From NCBI RefSeq assembly GCF_056712565.1, contig NZ_CM160072.1: a stretch of DNA of 64,000 nucleotides. One strand, written 5' to 3'. The position numbers and the translations under genes are program-made. The notes under the pieces are model-generated. The model was not told the origin of the DNA, did not search any database, and was given only the letters and a program-made list of their open reading frames with translations. Shown in pieces: positions 24,577 to 36,653 of the stretch. Position 1 is the stretch's first letter, and each line of letters starts with the position of its first letter.

Positions 24577-25620
24577 TTAACGGGTGATCCACAACGTGGG
24601 CCAGGCGTCTGGCCCATGCCAGTTATCGCAGGTGGGTTCTGCGGCGTAACGCACCAGGCGAAAACGCTGACCGTCAAAGCGCCAGCGCGCCTGAATGCCA
24701 CAATCGCTTAATCCGCGCCCTTTTGCTAAGGTCACCAGTTCACGCGATTTTTCATCGAATGTTGCGTTCATCAGTTCCAGTTCATTGGTCTCCTGACCGT
24801 TGTTGAACGGCAAACGCAACCGTACCGGGCGCGAGGCCAGCGGCTTTTTACGCGACACAATCCATGCCAAATCAATGGTGTTATAGGCCCCTGCCTCACA
24901 GCTAATCATCATCAGCGCTTTATCATCGGTCAGCGCAGTGACATTCACCTCACGACGTAACGGATCAAGCGAACAGCGCAGACCATTCATCCGCCAGTTT
25001 CCATAATCCAGCAAATCGTTACGTTCTTCGAGTGAGAGTGGCGTCGGCGTTGGGTTAACCACCGCGACCTCTTTCAGCGCAGGCGCTGGCGGTACGCTGA
25101 GCGGCGGTTCGTCCCCTTTCTTTATCCACGCGGTCTCACTGCCAACGCGCTTTTGCTGGGCATCAATAAACAACAACGCCGCTTTTAAGCCACTCAGAGA
25201 AATAGTCTGATTGCCGTCGCGTAAGGTGATCGCCCTCCCTTCCTGAATCATCTGCAAAAACGCGGTGATGGTTGCCGTATCATCGGTTACTAATAACCAT
25301 GGTGAAATCCGCCACTTGTCACCACTTAACGCCAACGGCTCACCATCTAACAGCATCCGTGGCGCTATCTCCCCTTCTGACGCATCCGGCGACTTCAACC
25401 CGCCGCGCTCAATACGTAAAACGGCATCGGTATGCGCCCCGGCGCTGCGGCTCAGGGTCATCACCAGTCCATTATGATCGCCCGTATTGCGCGCTACACA
25501 GAAATTTTGATTATTACAGGTGACCTGCCAGTCGGAAAACGCCCGTTGCGCTGGTGCCGCCCACACCAAAGACATCGGCAACAAAGCGAAAAAAAAGAGA
25601 AGGAAAATGCGATATCGCAT
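24577..25620 (-). CDS. ypfG: DUF1176-family periplasmic protein YpfG
   Basis: 347-aa ORF with signal peptide; matches recalled YpfG; synteny. Confidence 0.9.
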   Translation of the reverse strand: MRYRIFLLFFFALLPMSLVWAAPAQRAFSDWQVTCNNQNFCVARNTGDHNGLVMTLSRSAGAHTDAVLRIERGGLKSPDASEGEIAPRMLLDGEPLALSGDKWRISPWLLVTDDTATITAFLQMIQEGRAITLRDGNQTISLSGLKAALLFIDAQQKRVGSETAWIKKGDEPPLSVPPAPALKEVAVVNPTPTPLSLEERNDLLDYGNWRMNGLRCSLDPLRREVNVTALTDDKALMMISCEAGAYNTIDLAWIVSRKKPLASRPVRLRLPFNNGQETNELELMNATFDEKSRELVTLAKGRGLSDCGIQARWRFDGQRFRLVRYAAEPTCDNWHGPDAWPTLWITR

Positions 25621-25745
25621 GGACGGTACGACCCCAGAAGTTCAAACAAACAGCACAAGTCGTATCTTCGTTGCGCAGGTAGCGCGGCTCAATCGGATTT
25701 GTCGGATTGAGCCAATAATAAACAACGAAATATTATTGTTATTTT

Positions 25746-26321
25746 TCAGTCCATTAAATGTGACATTTGCAAATAGTTAAGCAATAACACCGTCTTACCG
25801 TCACGTATCTCGCCGGTTTTAATCATCTCCAGCGCCTGGCTGAACGGCAGCTCAAGCACTTCAATATCTTCATCTTCGACACCACCACCGGCGTTAGCGC
25901 GCTGGCTGTCACTGTATTCGGCGATAAAAAAGTGGATTAGCTCAGTCACACCGCCTGGCGACATATACAGTTCAAATAATTTGCGGACTTCGCCAACTTC
26001 ATAGCCCGTCTCTTCAATCGCTTCTTTGCGAATGCACACTTCCGGTTCGTCGTTATCCAGCAGCCCGGCGCAGGTTTCAATCAGTTGCCCGCTTTCATTG
26101 CCATTAACCCAGGTAGCGACGCGGAACTGGCGAATCAGAACCACGGTCTTTTTCTTCGCGTTGTACAGGAGGATCGTCGCACCATTACCGCGATCGTAAA
26201 CTTCACGTTTATGGCGGATAACTTCGCCATCTTTGCGCGTGAGATCGTAAGTAATGTTGTGCAGGGTAAAATAGTTATCGGAGAGAATTTTGTCTTTAAC
26301 GAGGGTGATTTGTTGCGTCAT
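25746..26321 (-). CDS. nudK: GDP-mannose pyrophosphatase NudK (Nudix)
   Basis: ORF 25746..26348; trimmed to '[18 protein letters not shown]..' (191 aa). Confidence 0.9.
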   Translation of the reverse strand: MTQQITLVKDKILSDNYFTLHNITYDLTRKDGEVIRHKREVYDRGNGATILLYNAKKKTVVLIRQFRVATWVNGNESGQLIETCAGLLDNDEPEVCIRKEAIEETGYEVGEVRKLFELYMSPGGVTELIHFFIAEYSDSQRANAGGGVEDEDIEVLELPFSQALEMIKTGEIRDGKTVLLLNYLQMSHLMD

Positions 26322-26388
26322 ACCGACTCCACAGCGCGAAATGAACAATTATCTTACGCTGTGAAGTCGGGTTTGTCTGCGCAGGCTA

Positions 26389-28368
26389 TCAGTGAGATTT
26401 GACTGATTTTACGCCCAGCCAGTCAATGATCCCCTGTGCCGCATGACGTCCTTCTGCCATTGCGGTAACCACCAGATCCGCACCACACACGGCGTCACCA
26501 CCGGCGAAGATTTTCGGATTCGTGGTCTGGTAACGGTACTGGCTTTCCACATCCGCGATGATGCGGCCCCATTTGTCTACCGTTACACCGTGCGACTCCA
26601 GCCACGGCATCCCGTGCGGATTGAAGCCAAACGCCATAATCACCGCATCGGCTGGCATGACAAATTCACTGCCTTCCACCGGCACTGGACGCCGACGCCC
26701 CTGGGCATCCGGCTCGCCAAGACGCGTGCGCAGGAAACGAATCCCGCAGACGTGACCTTGTTCATTCAGTTCAAGCGCCACCGGCTGGACGTTAAATTCG
26801 AAGTTGGCCCCCTCTTCACGGGCGTTCTTCACCTCTTTCTTCGAGCCTGGCATGTTAGCTTCATCACGACGATAAGCGCAGGTGACGTTACTCGCGCCGT
26901 GGCGCAGCGCAGTACGCACACAGTCCATCGCGGTGTCGCCGCCGCCCAGTACCACGACGTTAAGTCCGGCAGTATTGATAAACGGCTCTTCCGGTAGCTC
27001 TTCGAGTCCCATCACCTGTTTAGTATTGGCGATGAGGAACGGCAGCGCGTCATAAACGCCCGGCGCATCTTCATTGGGTAAACCCGCTTTCATGGAACGG
27101 TAAGTGCCTACGCCAACGAAGACCGCGTCGTATTGTTCCAAAAGCGAATTCAAAGAGACATCTTTACCCACTTCACAATTGAGTTCGAAGTGAATCCCCA
27201 TCGCGCTGAAGATTTCCCGACGGCGTGCCAGCAGGGATTTATCCAGTTTGAAAGAAGGAATGCCGAAAGTGAGCAAGCCACCGATTTCTGGATGGCGATC
27301 GTACACCGTCACCTCTACGCCATTGCGGGTGAGAACATCTGCACAGGCCAGCCCTGCCGGACCCGCACCGATAATCGCCACCCGCTTGTCCACTTTGGTG
27401 ACATGGCTTAAGTCAGGACGCCAACCTTTCGCCAACGCCTGATCTGAAATGTAGCGTTCAATGTTACCGATAGTTACTGCGCCGTGCTCATCGCGAATAG
27501 TACAGGCACCTTCACACAAACGGTCTTGCGGGCAAACGCGTCCGGTAATTTCCGGCAGGGTGTTGGTCTGGTGAGAAAGCTCGACGGCGGCGTCGATGTT
27601 TCCGGCTTTCACCAGTTCAATCCACTGCGGTATATGGTTATGCAGCGGGCAGGTCCATTCACAAACGCTGTGCTCGCCGCACTTAAGGCAGCGCGAGGCT
27701 TCCCGTTGTGCCTGATCGGCACGGAATGGCAGATAAATTTCATCAAAACCGGTTTTGCGCGCTTCAATCGCCAGTTTATCTGGCTCGCCACGCGCGGGCG
27801 TTGCCTGCATTTGCTCGACTTTACTCATTACCGGCATTTCTTGCGCCGCGGTACTGGCATGCCACGGTTGTTGTTCCTGACGTGCGGTGCGCAAGCGGCG
27901 GGATTTCGCCATGCCGGAGAGTGCGGCGTCAGTGACCAGTTGCAGCGCGTCCGCCGGGCAATTTTCGACACAGGCAGGACCGTTTTCGCGCCCTGCACAA
28001 AGGTCGCATTTATGCGCCGTGGCTTTTACTTTTCCTGCCGCAACGGGTGTCAGAACGATTTGCATCGTACCAAATGGACAGGCCACCACGCAGGATTTAC
28101 AGCCAATACACTTTTGCTGATTGACCTGAATGCTGTCATCAACGTGGCTGATTGCGCCATTAGGGCAGCTACGGGCGCAGGGCGCATCTTCACAATGGTG
28201 ACAGGTCACTGCACTACGTTGCTGCTGATGTTTGATAACCGTAATTCGGGGATGAAAATGGTGTTGGCTCAGGACATGTTGCTCGTCATTGTGAGCCATG
28301 ACACAGGCGATTTCACAAGCATGACAACCCAGACATTGCTGACTGTTGGCCATAATAAAACGATTCAT
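26389..28368 (-). CDS. aegA: Fe-S/FAD oxidoreductase AegA (GltD-like)
   Basis: 659-aa ORF with multiple CxxCxxC ferredoxin motifs plus NAD(P)/FAD binding region; matches recalled AegA. Confidence 0.93.
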   Translation of the reverse strand: MNRFIMANSQQCLGCHACEIACVMAHNDEQHVLSQHHFHPRITVIKHQQQRSAVTCHHCEDAPCARSCPNGAISHVDDSIQVNQQKCIGCKSCVVACPFGTMQIVLTPVAAGKVKATAHKCDLCAGRENGPACVENCPADALQLVTDAALSGMAKSRRLRTARQEQQPWHASTAAQEMPVMSKVEQMQATPARGEPDKLAIEARKTGFDEIYLPFRADQAQREASRCLKCGEHSVCEWTCPLHNHIPQWIELVKAGNIDAAVELSHQTNTLPEITGRVCPQDRLCEGACTIRDEHGAVTIGNIERYISDQALAKGWRPDLSHVTKVDKRVAIIGAGPAGLACADVLTRNGVEVTVYDRHPEIGGLLTFGIPSFKLDKSLLARRREIFSAMGIHFELNCEVGKDVSLNSLLEQYDAVFVGVGTYRSMKAGLPNEDAPGVYDALPFLIANTKQVMGLEELPEEPFINTAGLNVVVLGGGDTAMDCVRTALRHGASNVTCAYRRDEANMPGSKKEVKNAREEGANFEFNVQPVALELNEQGHVCGIRFLRTRLGEPDAQGRRRPVPVEGSEFVMPADAVIMAFGFNPHGMPWLESHGVTVDKWGRIIADVESQYRYQTTNPKIFAGGDAVCGADLVVTAMAEGRHAAQGIIDWLGVKSVKSH

Positions 28369-28573
28369 AACGACCTTCTTTTTTGGTTGTAAAAACCTTA
28401 TTCTTTATATGAGTGTTGTTATTACCCGACTTACAGGGGAATCGGCAATGTTCATGTGCCCAGAATAAGTAACTATTTCGCTATAAACTGTGGCAGATCA
28501 AATAATCCCATCACTGACTAAATTTCGTTTCAGCGAACTGGAACATTAATGATTTTTTGTGGAGAAGACGCGT

Positions 28574-30274
28574 GTGATTGTTAAACGACCCGTCTCGGCC
28601 AGTCTGGCCCGGGCCTTTTTTTACATTGTGCTGCTGTCGATTCTTTCCACGGGTATCGCTCTGCTAACGCTGGCGAGCAGTTTACGCGACGCTGAGGCTA
28701 TCAATATTGCCGGATCGCTGCGTATGCAGAGTTACCGCCTGGGCTACGACTTGCAAAGTGGCAGTCCACAACTCAATGCACATCGCCAGTTATTTCAGCA
28801 GGCACTGCATTCACCGGTATTAACCAATCTCAACGTCTGGTATGTGCCAGAGGCAGTAAAAACCCGCTATGCGCATCTGAATGCCAACTGGCTGGAGATG
28901 AATAATCGGCTCAGCAAGGGCGACTTGCCGTGGTATCAGGCCAATATTAATAATTATGTTAATCAGATAGACCTGTTCGTGCTGGCTTTACAGCACTACG
29001 CTGAACGCAAAATGCTGCTGGTGGTGGCAATTTCCCTGGCTGGCGGCATCGGTATTTTCACGCTGGTCTTTTTTACTTTGCGCCGCATACGCCATCAGGT
29101 GGTTGCCCCGCTGAATCAGCTGGTTACCGCCAGTCAGCGTATTGAACACGGGCAGTTCGACTCGCCGCCGCTGGATACCAGCCTGCCGAATGAGCTTGGC
29201 CTGCTTGCAAAAACCTTTAACCAGATGTCGAGCGAGCTGCATAAATTGTACCGTTCGCTGGAGGCGTCAGTAGAAGAAAAGACCCGCGATCTCCACGAGG
29301 CCAAGCGTCGTCTGGAGGTGTTGTATCAGTGTTCGCAGGCGCTAAACACCAGCCAGATTGATGTGCATTGTTTCCGCCATATTTTGCAGATTGTTCGCGA
29401 CAATGAAGCGGCTGAATATCTGGAGTTAAATGTCGGTGACAACTGGCGGATTAGCGAAGGGCAGCCAAACCCGGAATTGCCGATGCAGATTTTACCGGTG
29501 ACAATGCAAGAGACGGTTTACGGCGAACTGCACTGGCAAAATAGTCACGTTTCATCATCAGAACCGCTGCTTAACAGCGTTTCGTCGATGCTGGGACGCG
29601 GTTTGTACTTTAATCAGGCGCAGAAGCATTTTCAGCAGTTATTGTTGATGGAAGAACGTGCGACCATCGCCCGCGAATTGCACGACTCGCTGGCTCAGGT
29701 ACTTTCTTACTTACGTATCCAGTTGACGTTACTGAAGCGTTCGATACCGGAAGATAATGCCACCGCACAAAGTATCATGGCCGATTTTTCCCAGGCGTTG
29801 AATGATGCTTATCGGCAGTTACGCGAGCTGTTGACTACTTTCCGCCTGACGCTGCAGCAGGCGGATCTCCCCTCCGCGTTGAGGGAAATGCTGGATACGT
29901 TACAAAATCAAACCAGCGCCAAACTGACCCTCGACTGCCGTCTGCCAACCCTGGCGCTGGATGCGCAAATGCAGGTGCATTTGTTGCAAATTATTCGCGA
30001 AGCGGTGCTGAATGCGATGAAGCACGCCAACGCCAGCGAAATCGCCGTTAGCTGCGTCACCGCGCCGGATGGCAATCACACAGTCTATATTCGCGACAAC
30101 GGGATTGGCATCGGTGAACCGAAAGAACCCGAAGGCCATTATGGTCTGAATATCATGCGCGAACGCGCGGAAAGATTGGGTGGGACGCTGACTTTTTCAC
30201 AACCTTCCGGCGGCGGCACGTTAGTGAGTATTAGCTTTCGCTCTGCGGAGGGTGAGGAAAGTCAGCTGATGTAA
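28574..30274 (+). CDS. narQ: Nitrate/nitrite sensor histidine kinase NarQ
   Basis: ORF track starts at GTG 28559; recalled NarQ starts 'MIVKRPVSASLARAFFY' (566 aa), i.e. the in-frame GTG at 28574. Confidence 0.9.
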   Translation: MIVKRPVSASLARAFFYIVLLSILSTGIALLTLASSLRDAEAINIAGSLRMQSYRLGYDLQSGSPQLNAHRQLFQQALHSPVLTNLNVWYVPEAVKTRYAHLNANWLEMNNRLSKGDLPWYQANINNYVNQIDLFVLALQHYAERKMLLVVAISLAGGIGIFTLVFFTLRRIRHQVVAPLNQLVTASQRIEHGQFDSPPLDTSLPNELGLLAKTFNQMSSELHKLYRSLEASVEEKTRDLHEAKRRLEVLYQCSQALNTSQIDVHCFRHILQIVRDNEAAEYLELNVGDNWRISEGQPNPELPMQILPVTMQETVYGELHWQNSHVSSSEPLLNSVSSMLGRGLYFNQAQKHFQQLLLMEERATIARELHDSLAQVLSYLRIQLTLLKRSIPEDNATAQSIMADFSQALNDAYRQLRELLTTFRLTLQQADLPSALREMLDTLQNQTSAKLTLDCRLPTLALDAQMQVHLLQIIREAVLNAMKHANASEIAVSCVTAPDGNHTVYIRDNGIGIGEPKEPEGHYGLNIMRERAERLGGTLTFSQPSGGGTLVSISFRSAEGEESQLM

Positions 30275-30437
30275 TGCCTCTTATTGACCAAAGAATAGTG
30301 GCACTTAAGGTTCAGTATAAAAGGGCATGATAATTTACATTAACTCCTTTTTTTCTCCACGATTGGCTCGTACCTTGCCGCTACAGTGAAGCAAGCCAAG
30401 CCTACAACGATACGCAGAAACACGAGGTCCTCTTTTA

Positions 30438-33400
30438 ATGGCGAATTTCTTTATTGATCGCCCCATTTTTGCCTGGGTGCTGGCAATCCTGTTGTGTCTG
30501 ACAGGTACCCTGGCGATTTTTTCATTGCCCGTTGAACAATACCCCGATCTCGCGCCACCGAATGTGCGAGTGACCGCTAACTATCCCGGCGCATCGGCCC
30601 AGACGCTGGAAAACACCGTGACCCAGGTTATCGAGCAAAATATGACCGGCCTCGATAATCTGATGTATATGTCATCTCAGAGCAGCGGCACCGGTCAGGC
30701 ATCTGTCACGTTAAGTTTTAAAGCAGGCACCGATCCGGACGAAGCCGTGCAGCAAGTACAAAACCAGCTGCAATCAGCCATGCGAAAGTTACCGCAGGCG
30801 GTGCAAAATCAGGGCGTGACGGTGCGTAAAACCGGCGATACCAACATTCTGACCATTGCCTTCGTCTCTACCGATGGTTCGATGGATAAACAGGATATTG
30901 CCGATTATGTTGCCAGTAATATTCAGGACCCGTTAAGCCGCGTGAATGGCGTCGGGGATATCGATGCCTATGGTTCGCAATATTCCATGCGTATCTGGCT
31001 GGACCCGGCGAAACTCAACAGTTTCCAGATGACGGCTAAAGATGTCACCGATGCCATTGAATCACAGAACGCGCAGATTGCGGTTGGGCAACTTGGTGGT
31101 ACGCCTTCCGTCGATAAGCAGGCGCTCAACGCCACCATTAACGCCCAGTCACTGCTGCAAACACCAGAACAGTTCCGCGATATCACCTTGCGGGTGAATC
31201 AGGACGGCTCAGAGGTAAGGCTGGGCGATGTCGCCACCGTCGAAATGGGGGCGGAGAAATACGATTATCTTAGCCGCTTCAATGGTAAGCCAGCCTCCGG
31301 GCTGGGGGTAAAACTGGCCTCCGGCGCGAACGAAATGGCGACAGCGGAGCTGGTGCTCAATCGTCTCGACGAGCTGGCGCAGTATTTTCCACACGGACTG
31401 GAATACAAGGTGGCGTATGAAACCACCTCTTTTGTAAAAGCCTCCATTGAAGACGTGGTGAAAACGCTGCTGGAAGCTATCGCCCTGGTTTTCCTCGTTA
31501 TGTATCTGTTCCTGCAAAACTTCCGCGCCACGCTGATACCCACTATCGCCGTGCCGGTGGTGTTGATGGGAACCTTCTCGGTGCTTTATGCCTTCGGCTA
31601 TAGCGTCAACACCTTAACCATGTTCGCGATGGTGTTGGCTATCGGCCTGTTGGTAGATGACGCCATCGTGGTGGTGGAAAACGTCGAACGTATTATGAGT
31701 GAGGAAGGACTCACTCCTCGCGAAGCCACACGTAAATCGATGGGGCAAATCCAGGGCGCACTGGTCGGGATTGCGATGGTGCTTTCGGCGGTATTTGTGC
31801 CAATGGCCTTCTTCGGCGGCACCACCGGTGCCATCTATCGCCAGTTCTCTATTACCATTGTTGCGGCGATGGTGCTGTCAGTACTGGTAGCGATGATCCT
31901 CACTCCTGCTCTGTGTGCCACGCTACTTAAGCCACTGAAAAAAGGTGAGCATCACGGGCAAAAAGGCTTTTTTGCCTGGTTTAACCAGATGTTTAACCGC
32001 AACGCCGAACGCTACGAAAAAGGGGTGGCGAAAATTCTCCACCGTAGCCTGCGCTGGATTGTGATTTATGTCCTGCTGCTTGGCGGCATGGTGTTCCTGT
32101 TCCTGCGTTTGCCGACGTCGTTCTTACCGCTGGAAGACCGTGGCATGTTTACTACTTCGGTACAGTTGCCCAGCGGTTCAACCCAGCAACAGACCCTGAA
32201 AGTCGTTGAGCAAATCGAGAAATATTACTTCACCCATGAAAAAGACAACATCATGTCGGTGTTTGCCACCGTGGGTTCTGGCCCTGGGGGTAACGGGCAA
32301 AACGTGGCGCGAATGTTTATCCGCCTGAAAGACTGGAGCGAACGCGACAGTAAGACCGGCACCTCGTTTGCCATTATCGAGCGTGCAACGAAGGCGTTTA
32401 ACAAGATTAAAGAAGCTCGCGTTATCGCCAGCAGCCCGCCAGCAATTAGCGGTCTTGGTAGTTCTGCGGGTTTTGATATGGAGTTGCAGGACCACGCTGG
32501 AGCGGGTCACGATGCGCTGATGGCAGCACGAAACCAGTTGCTGGCGCTGGCAGCGGAAAACCCGGAGCTAACCCGTGTGCGCCATAACGGCCTCGACGAC
32601 AGTCCGCAGTTGCAGATTGATATCGACCAGCGTAAAGCTCAGGCGCTGGGCGTTGCTATCGACGATATTAACGACACACTGCAAACCGCCTGGGGTTCGA
32701 GCTATGTGAATGACTTTATGGATCGCGGTCGCGTGAAGAAAGTCTATGTGCAGGCAGCTGCGCCGTATCGCATGCTGCCAGATGACATCAATCTCTGGTA
32801 TGTCCGAAATAAAGATGGCGGCATGGTGCCCTTCTCTGCTTTCGCGACCTCACGCTGGGAGACAGGCTCGCCGCGTCTGGAACGCTATAACGGTTATTCT
32901 GCGGTTGAGATTGTTGGGGAAGCCGCACCGGGGGTCAGTACCGGTACGGCGATGGATATTATGGAATCGTTAGTGAAGCAGCTGCCAAACGGCTTTGGTC
33001 TGGAGTGGACGGCGATGTCGTATCAGGAGCGGCTTTCCGGCGCGCAGGCTCCGGCGCTGTACGCCATTTCCTTGCTGGTGGTATTCCTGTGTCTGGCGGC
33101 ATTGTATGAAAGCTGGTCGGTGCCGTTCTCGGTAATGCTGGTCGTGCCACTGGGGGTTATCGGCGCGCTGCTGGCAACCTGGATGCGCGGGCTGGAAAAC
33201 GATGTTTACTTCCAGGTGGGCCTGTTAACGGTCATTGGTTTATCGGCGAAAAACGCCATCCTGATCGTCGAATTTGCTAACGAGATGAACCAAAAAGGCC
33301 ACGACCTGTTTGAAGCGACGCTCCACGCCTGCCGTCAGCGTTTACGCCCGATTCTGATGACCTCGCTGGCATTTATCTTCGGCGTATTGCCAATGGCAAC

Positions 33401-33551
33401 CAGCACAGGTGCCGGTTCCGGTGGTCAGCATGCGGTGGGTACTGGCGTAATGGGCGGGATGATTTCGGCCACTATTCTGGCTATTTACTTCGTGCCGCTG
33501 TTCTTTGTGCTGGTGCGCCGCCGCTTCCCGCTGAAGCCGCGCCCGGAATAA
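30438..33551 (+). CDS. acrD: RND-family aminoglycoside efflux pump AcrD
   Basis: 1037-aa ORF '[21 protein letters not shown]..' matches recalled AcrD. Confidence 0.97.
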   Translation: MANFFIDRPIFAWVLAILLCLTGTLAIFSLPVEQYPDLAPPNVRVTANYPGASAQTLENTVTQVIEQNMTGLDNLMYMSSQSSGTGQASVTLSFKAGTDPDEAVQQVQNQLQSAMRKLPQAVQNQGVTVRKTGDTNILTIAFVSTDGSMDKQDIADYVASNIQDPLSRVNGVGDIDAYGSQYSMRIWLDPAKLNSFQMTAKDVTDAIESQNAQIAVGQLGGTPSVDKQALNATINAQSLLQTPEQFRDITLRVNQDGSEVRLGDVATVEMGAEKYDYLSRFNGKPASGLGVKLASGANEMATAELVLNRLDELAQYFPHGLEYKVAYETTSFVKASIEDVVKTLLEAIALVFLVMYLFLQNFRATLIPTIAVPVVLMGTFSVLYAFGYSVNTLTMFAMVLAIGLLVDDAIVVVENVERIMSEEGLTPREATRKSMGQIQGALVGIAMVLSAVFVPMAFFGGTTGAIYRQFSITIVAAMVLSVLVAMILTPALCATLLKPLKKGEHHGQKGFFAWFNQMFNRNAERYEKGVAKILHRSLRWIVIYVLLLGGMVFLFLRLPTSFLPLEDRGMFTTSVQLPSGSTQQQTLKVVEQIEKYYFTHEKDNIMSVFATVGSGPGGNGQNVARMFIRLKDWSERDSKTGTSFAIIERATKAFNKIKEARVIASSPPAISGLGSSAGFDMELQDHAGAGHDALMAARNQLLALAAENPELTRVRHNGLDDSPQLQIDIDQRKAQALGVAIDDINDTLQTAWGSSYVNDFMDRGRVKKVYVQAAAPYRMLPDDINLWYVRNKDGGMVPFSAFATSRWETGSPRLERYNGYSAVEIVGEAAPGVSTGTAMDIMESLVKQLPNGFGLEWTAMSYQERLSGAQAPALYAISLLVVFLCLAALYESWSVPFSVMLVVPLGVIGALLATWMRGLENDVYFQVGLLTVIGLSAKNAILIVEFANEMNQKGHDLFEATLHACRQRLRPILMTSLAFIFGVLPMATSTGAGSGGQHAVGTGVMGGMISATILAIYFVPLFFVLVRRRFPLKPRPE

Positions 33552-33552
33552 G

Positions 33553-33590
33553 CAATAAAAAAGGCGACATGCCAATGTGTCGCCCTTTTC
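33553..33590. terminator. Bidirectional rho-independent terminator (A-run, GGCGACA-tgccaatg-TGTCGCC, T-run) shared by acrD and ypfM
   Basis: Hairpin and flanking A/T tracts read directly; sits between convergent acrD and ypfM. Confidence 0.8.
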
Positions 33591-33649
33591 AACTTTCCGA
33601 TTAAGAACCTGCTCAGCGGGTTCTTGCTGTTTGTACTTTGTCTCAGGAA

Positions 33650-33709
33650 TTACTTACGAAGCATAACTTCGATAAAGTCTTTCCAGTTCCCCAGTTCACG
33701 TTCAATCAT
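33650..33709 (-). CDS. ypfM: Small protein YpfM (19 aa: MIERELGNWKDFIEVMLRK)
   Basis: Not in ORF track (too short); hand-translated from the minus strand; GAGAGG RBS upstream; sequence matches recalled K-12 YpfM. Confidence 0.8.
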   Translation of the reverse strand: MIERELGNWKDFIEVMLRK

Positions 33710-34071
33710 AACAACCTCTCTTATAATTATGGGTATTCTACGGAAACAATATACCGTGGTGAAGCTAATTTACTCGATTGCTGCGATGACTACCTCCGGG
33801 GGACAAACCTTATGTAAATACTATGGTCCTGCGGTGATGATTTGTATGTGATACACCGCAACATTTCGAGATATTCATACGGCATCTAATACTGATTTAA
33901 TTCTGGTTAAAATACAGACAGATAACAAGATGAATATTCTTAATGTTTACGTTAAAAATGTTTAATGTTATTTAATAGTTGTTAATTTGAATACTTCGAT
34001 AATGTTATATTTCCTGATAATCATTTGCAGGCAAAATGTTTTCACCTTTAAATGAGTATTTATTCTCATAA

Positions 34072-34446
<375 letters not shown>

Positions 34447-34449
34447 TCT

Positions 34450-35577
34450 ATGTCGTGCCCGGTTATTGAGCTGACACAACAGCTTATTCGCCGCCCTTCC
34501 CTGAGTCCTGATGACGCAGGATGCCAGGCTTTGTTGATTGAACGTTTGCAGGCGATCGGTTTTACCGTTGAACGCATGGACTTTGCCGATACGCAGAATT
34601 TTTGGGCATGGCGTGGGCAGGGTGAAACGTTAGCCTTTGCCGGGCATACCGACGTGGTGCCGCCTGGCGACGCCGACCGTTGGATCAATCCGCCGTTTGA
34701 ACCAACCATTCGTGACGGCATGTTATTCGGGCGCGGTGCGGCAGATATGAAAGGCTCGCTGGCGGCGATGGTGGTAGCTGCAGAACGTTTTGTCGCACAA
34801 CATCCCAACCATACGGGGCGACTGGCATTTCTGATCACCTCTGATGAAGAAGCCAGTGCACACAATGGTACGGTAAAAGTCGTCGAAGCGTTAATGGCAC
34901 GTAATGAGCGTCTCGATTACTGCCTGGTTGGCGAACCGTCGAGTATCGAAGTGGTAGGTGATGTGGTGAAAAATGGTCGTCGCGGATCGTTAACCTGCAA
35001 CCTTACCATTCATGGCGTTCAGGGGCATGTTGCCTACCCACATCTGGCTGACAATCCGGTACATCGCGCAGCACCTTTCATTAATGAATTAGTGGCTATT
35101 GAGTGGGATCAGGGTAATGAATTCTTCCCGGCGACCAGTATGCAGATTGCCAATATTCAGGCGGGAACGGGCAGTAACAACGTTATTCCAGGTGAACTGT
35201 TTGTGCAGTTTAACTTCCGCTTTAGCACCGAACTGACGGATGAGATGATCAAAGCGCAGGTGCTTGCCCTGCTTGAAAAACATCAACTGCGCTATACGGT
35301 GGATTGGTGGCTTTCCGGGCAGCCATTTTTGACCGCGCGCGGTAAACTGGTGGATGCGGTCGTTAACGCGGTTGAGCACTATAATGAAATTAAACCGCAG
35401 CTACTGACCACAGGCGGAACGTCCGACGGGCGCTTTATTGCCCGCATGGGGGCGCAGGTGGTGGAACTCGGGCCGGTCAATGCCACGATTCATAAAATTA
35501 ATGAATGTGTGAACGCTGCCGACCTGCAGCTACTTGCCCGTATGTATCAACGTATCATGGAACAGCTCGTCGCCTGA
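34450..35577 (+). CDS. dapE: Succinyl-diaminopimelate desuccinylase DapE
   Basis: 375-aa ORF matches recalled DapE. Confidence 0.97.
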
Positions 35578-35604
35578 TGAGTGGTTCTGCAAGAGGAAAT
35601 AAGC

Positions 35605-35805
35605 ATGGACTGGCTGGCTAAATATTGGTGGATTCTGGTGATTGTCTTTTTGGTAGGCGTCCTGCTGAACGTGATTAAAGATCTCAAGCGCGTCGACCAT
35701 AAGAAATTTCTCGCCAACAAGCCGGAGCTTCCCCCGCATCGTGATTTCAACGATAAGTGGGACGATGACGACGACTGGCCGAAAAAGGATCAACCGAAGA
35801 AGTAA
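35605..35805 (+). CDS. ypfN: Small membrane protein YpfN (UPF0370)
   Basis: ORF 35581..35805; trimmed to '[17 protein letters not shown]..' (66 aa). Confidence 0.85.
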
Positions 35806-35810
35806 GCTAA

Positions 35811-35877
35811 GTGGCCGGATAAGGCGTTAACGCCCCGGCCATGATGCCTGATACAGTCTTATCAGGCCTACCCGGCT
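35811..35877. repeat. REP-like palindromic elements (GGCCGGATAAGGCGTTAACGCC.. and GCCTGATACAGTCTTATCAGGCCTAC)
   Basis: REP-type palindromes read directly between ypfN and ypfH. Confidence 0.6.
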
Positions 35878-35881
35878 ATTA

Positions 35882-36580
35882 TTACATCATTTCAATCACA
35901 TCATCATCGCCAGGCTTACCGCCACTTAGCGCTTCGTCGAAATAATGTTTCGGAATGGTATAACGCAAGTGATCCAGGGCTAATTGCATACTGCGATTGT
36001 CGATCGCATGGCCTAAATCCTCCACGATATCCAGCGTCACATCGCCACCGGCACTGATTAACGCTTCCTGCGCCGCAACCGCATGCGCCAGATCGATAAC
36101 CGGATCTTCACCGCCATGAATCAAGTGAATTGTTGTGGCTGTAGACGCGGTTTCCGGCAGGCTCGCGTAGCGTCCGTTGAAGGCAATGACGCGCGAAGCA
36201 AGGCCCGGTTCGGCTTTAATGCTCTCCAGCGCCATAATCGCGCCTTGTGAGAAACCGATTAGCGCCGTGGCATTAGCCCCTACTCCGCTTTGTTTCTGCC
36301 AGTAGCGCACCGTCTCAATAAACGTCGGCATGATGGCATTCACACGCGCCTGGCGATTATCTTCCGTAATACCCTGCACCGAAAACCACTGACGCCCCGC
36401 CGGATTACCGCTCGGCTCCGCGCCACCGACACTCACCACCAGCGCATCAGGAAACAGCGGCGCAAACCAGCTACCTATTTCCCCCATTGCCACCGGGTTA
36501 TCCCCGACACCGTGGAAAAGCAGTAACAACTGTTGTGCTGGTTTATCCGGGCTTTGAACAACAAAATGGTCATGTTTCAT
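35882..36580 (-). CDS. ypfH: Alpha/beta-hydrolase esterase YpfH
   Basis: ORF 35882..36604; trimmed to 'MKHDHFVVQSPDKPAQQ..' (232 aa). Confidence 0.88.
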   Translation of the reverse strand: MKHDHFVVQSPDKPAQQLLLLFHGVGDNPVAMGEIGSWFAPLFPDALVVSVGGAEPSGNPAGRQWFSVQGITEDNRQARVNAIMPTFIETVRYWQKQSGVGANATALIGFSQGAIMALESIKAEPGLASRVIAFNGRYASLPETASTATTIHLIHGGEDPVIDLAHAVAAQEALISAGGDVTLDIVEDLGHAIDNRSMQLALDHLRYTIPKHYFDEALSGGKPGDDDVIEMM

Positions 36581-36653
36581 GGCGAACTCCTTAACTGATG
36601 TCATTAATTTTACGCCGCTGACTCACAATGACCATGGGAGAAAATTGAAGGAG

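Noticed and set aside
25660-25700. Imperfect palindrome GCTCAATCGGATTTGTCGGATTGAGC between ypfG and nudK
   Set aside because: Arms are not fully complementary and I could assign no known operator; it may just be a hairpin or terminator remnant.
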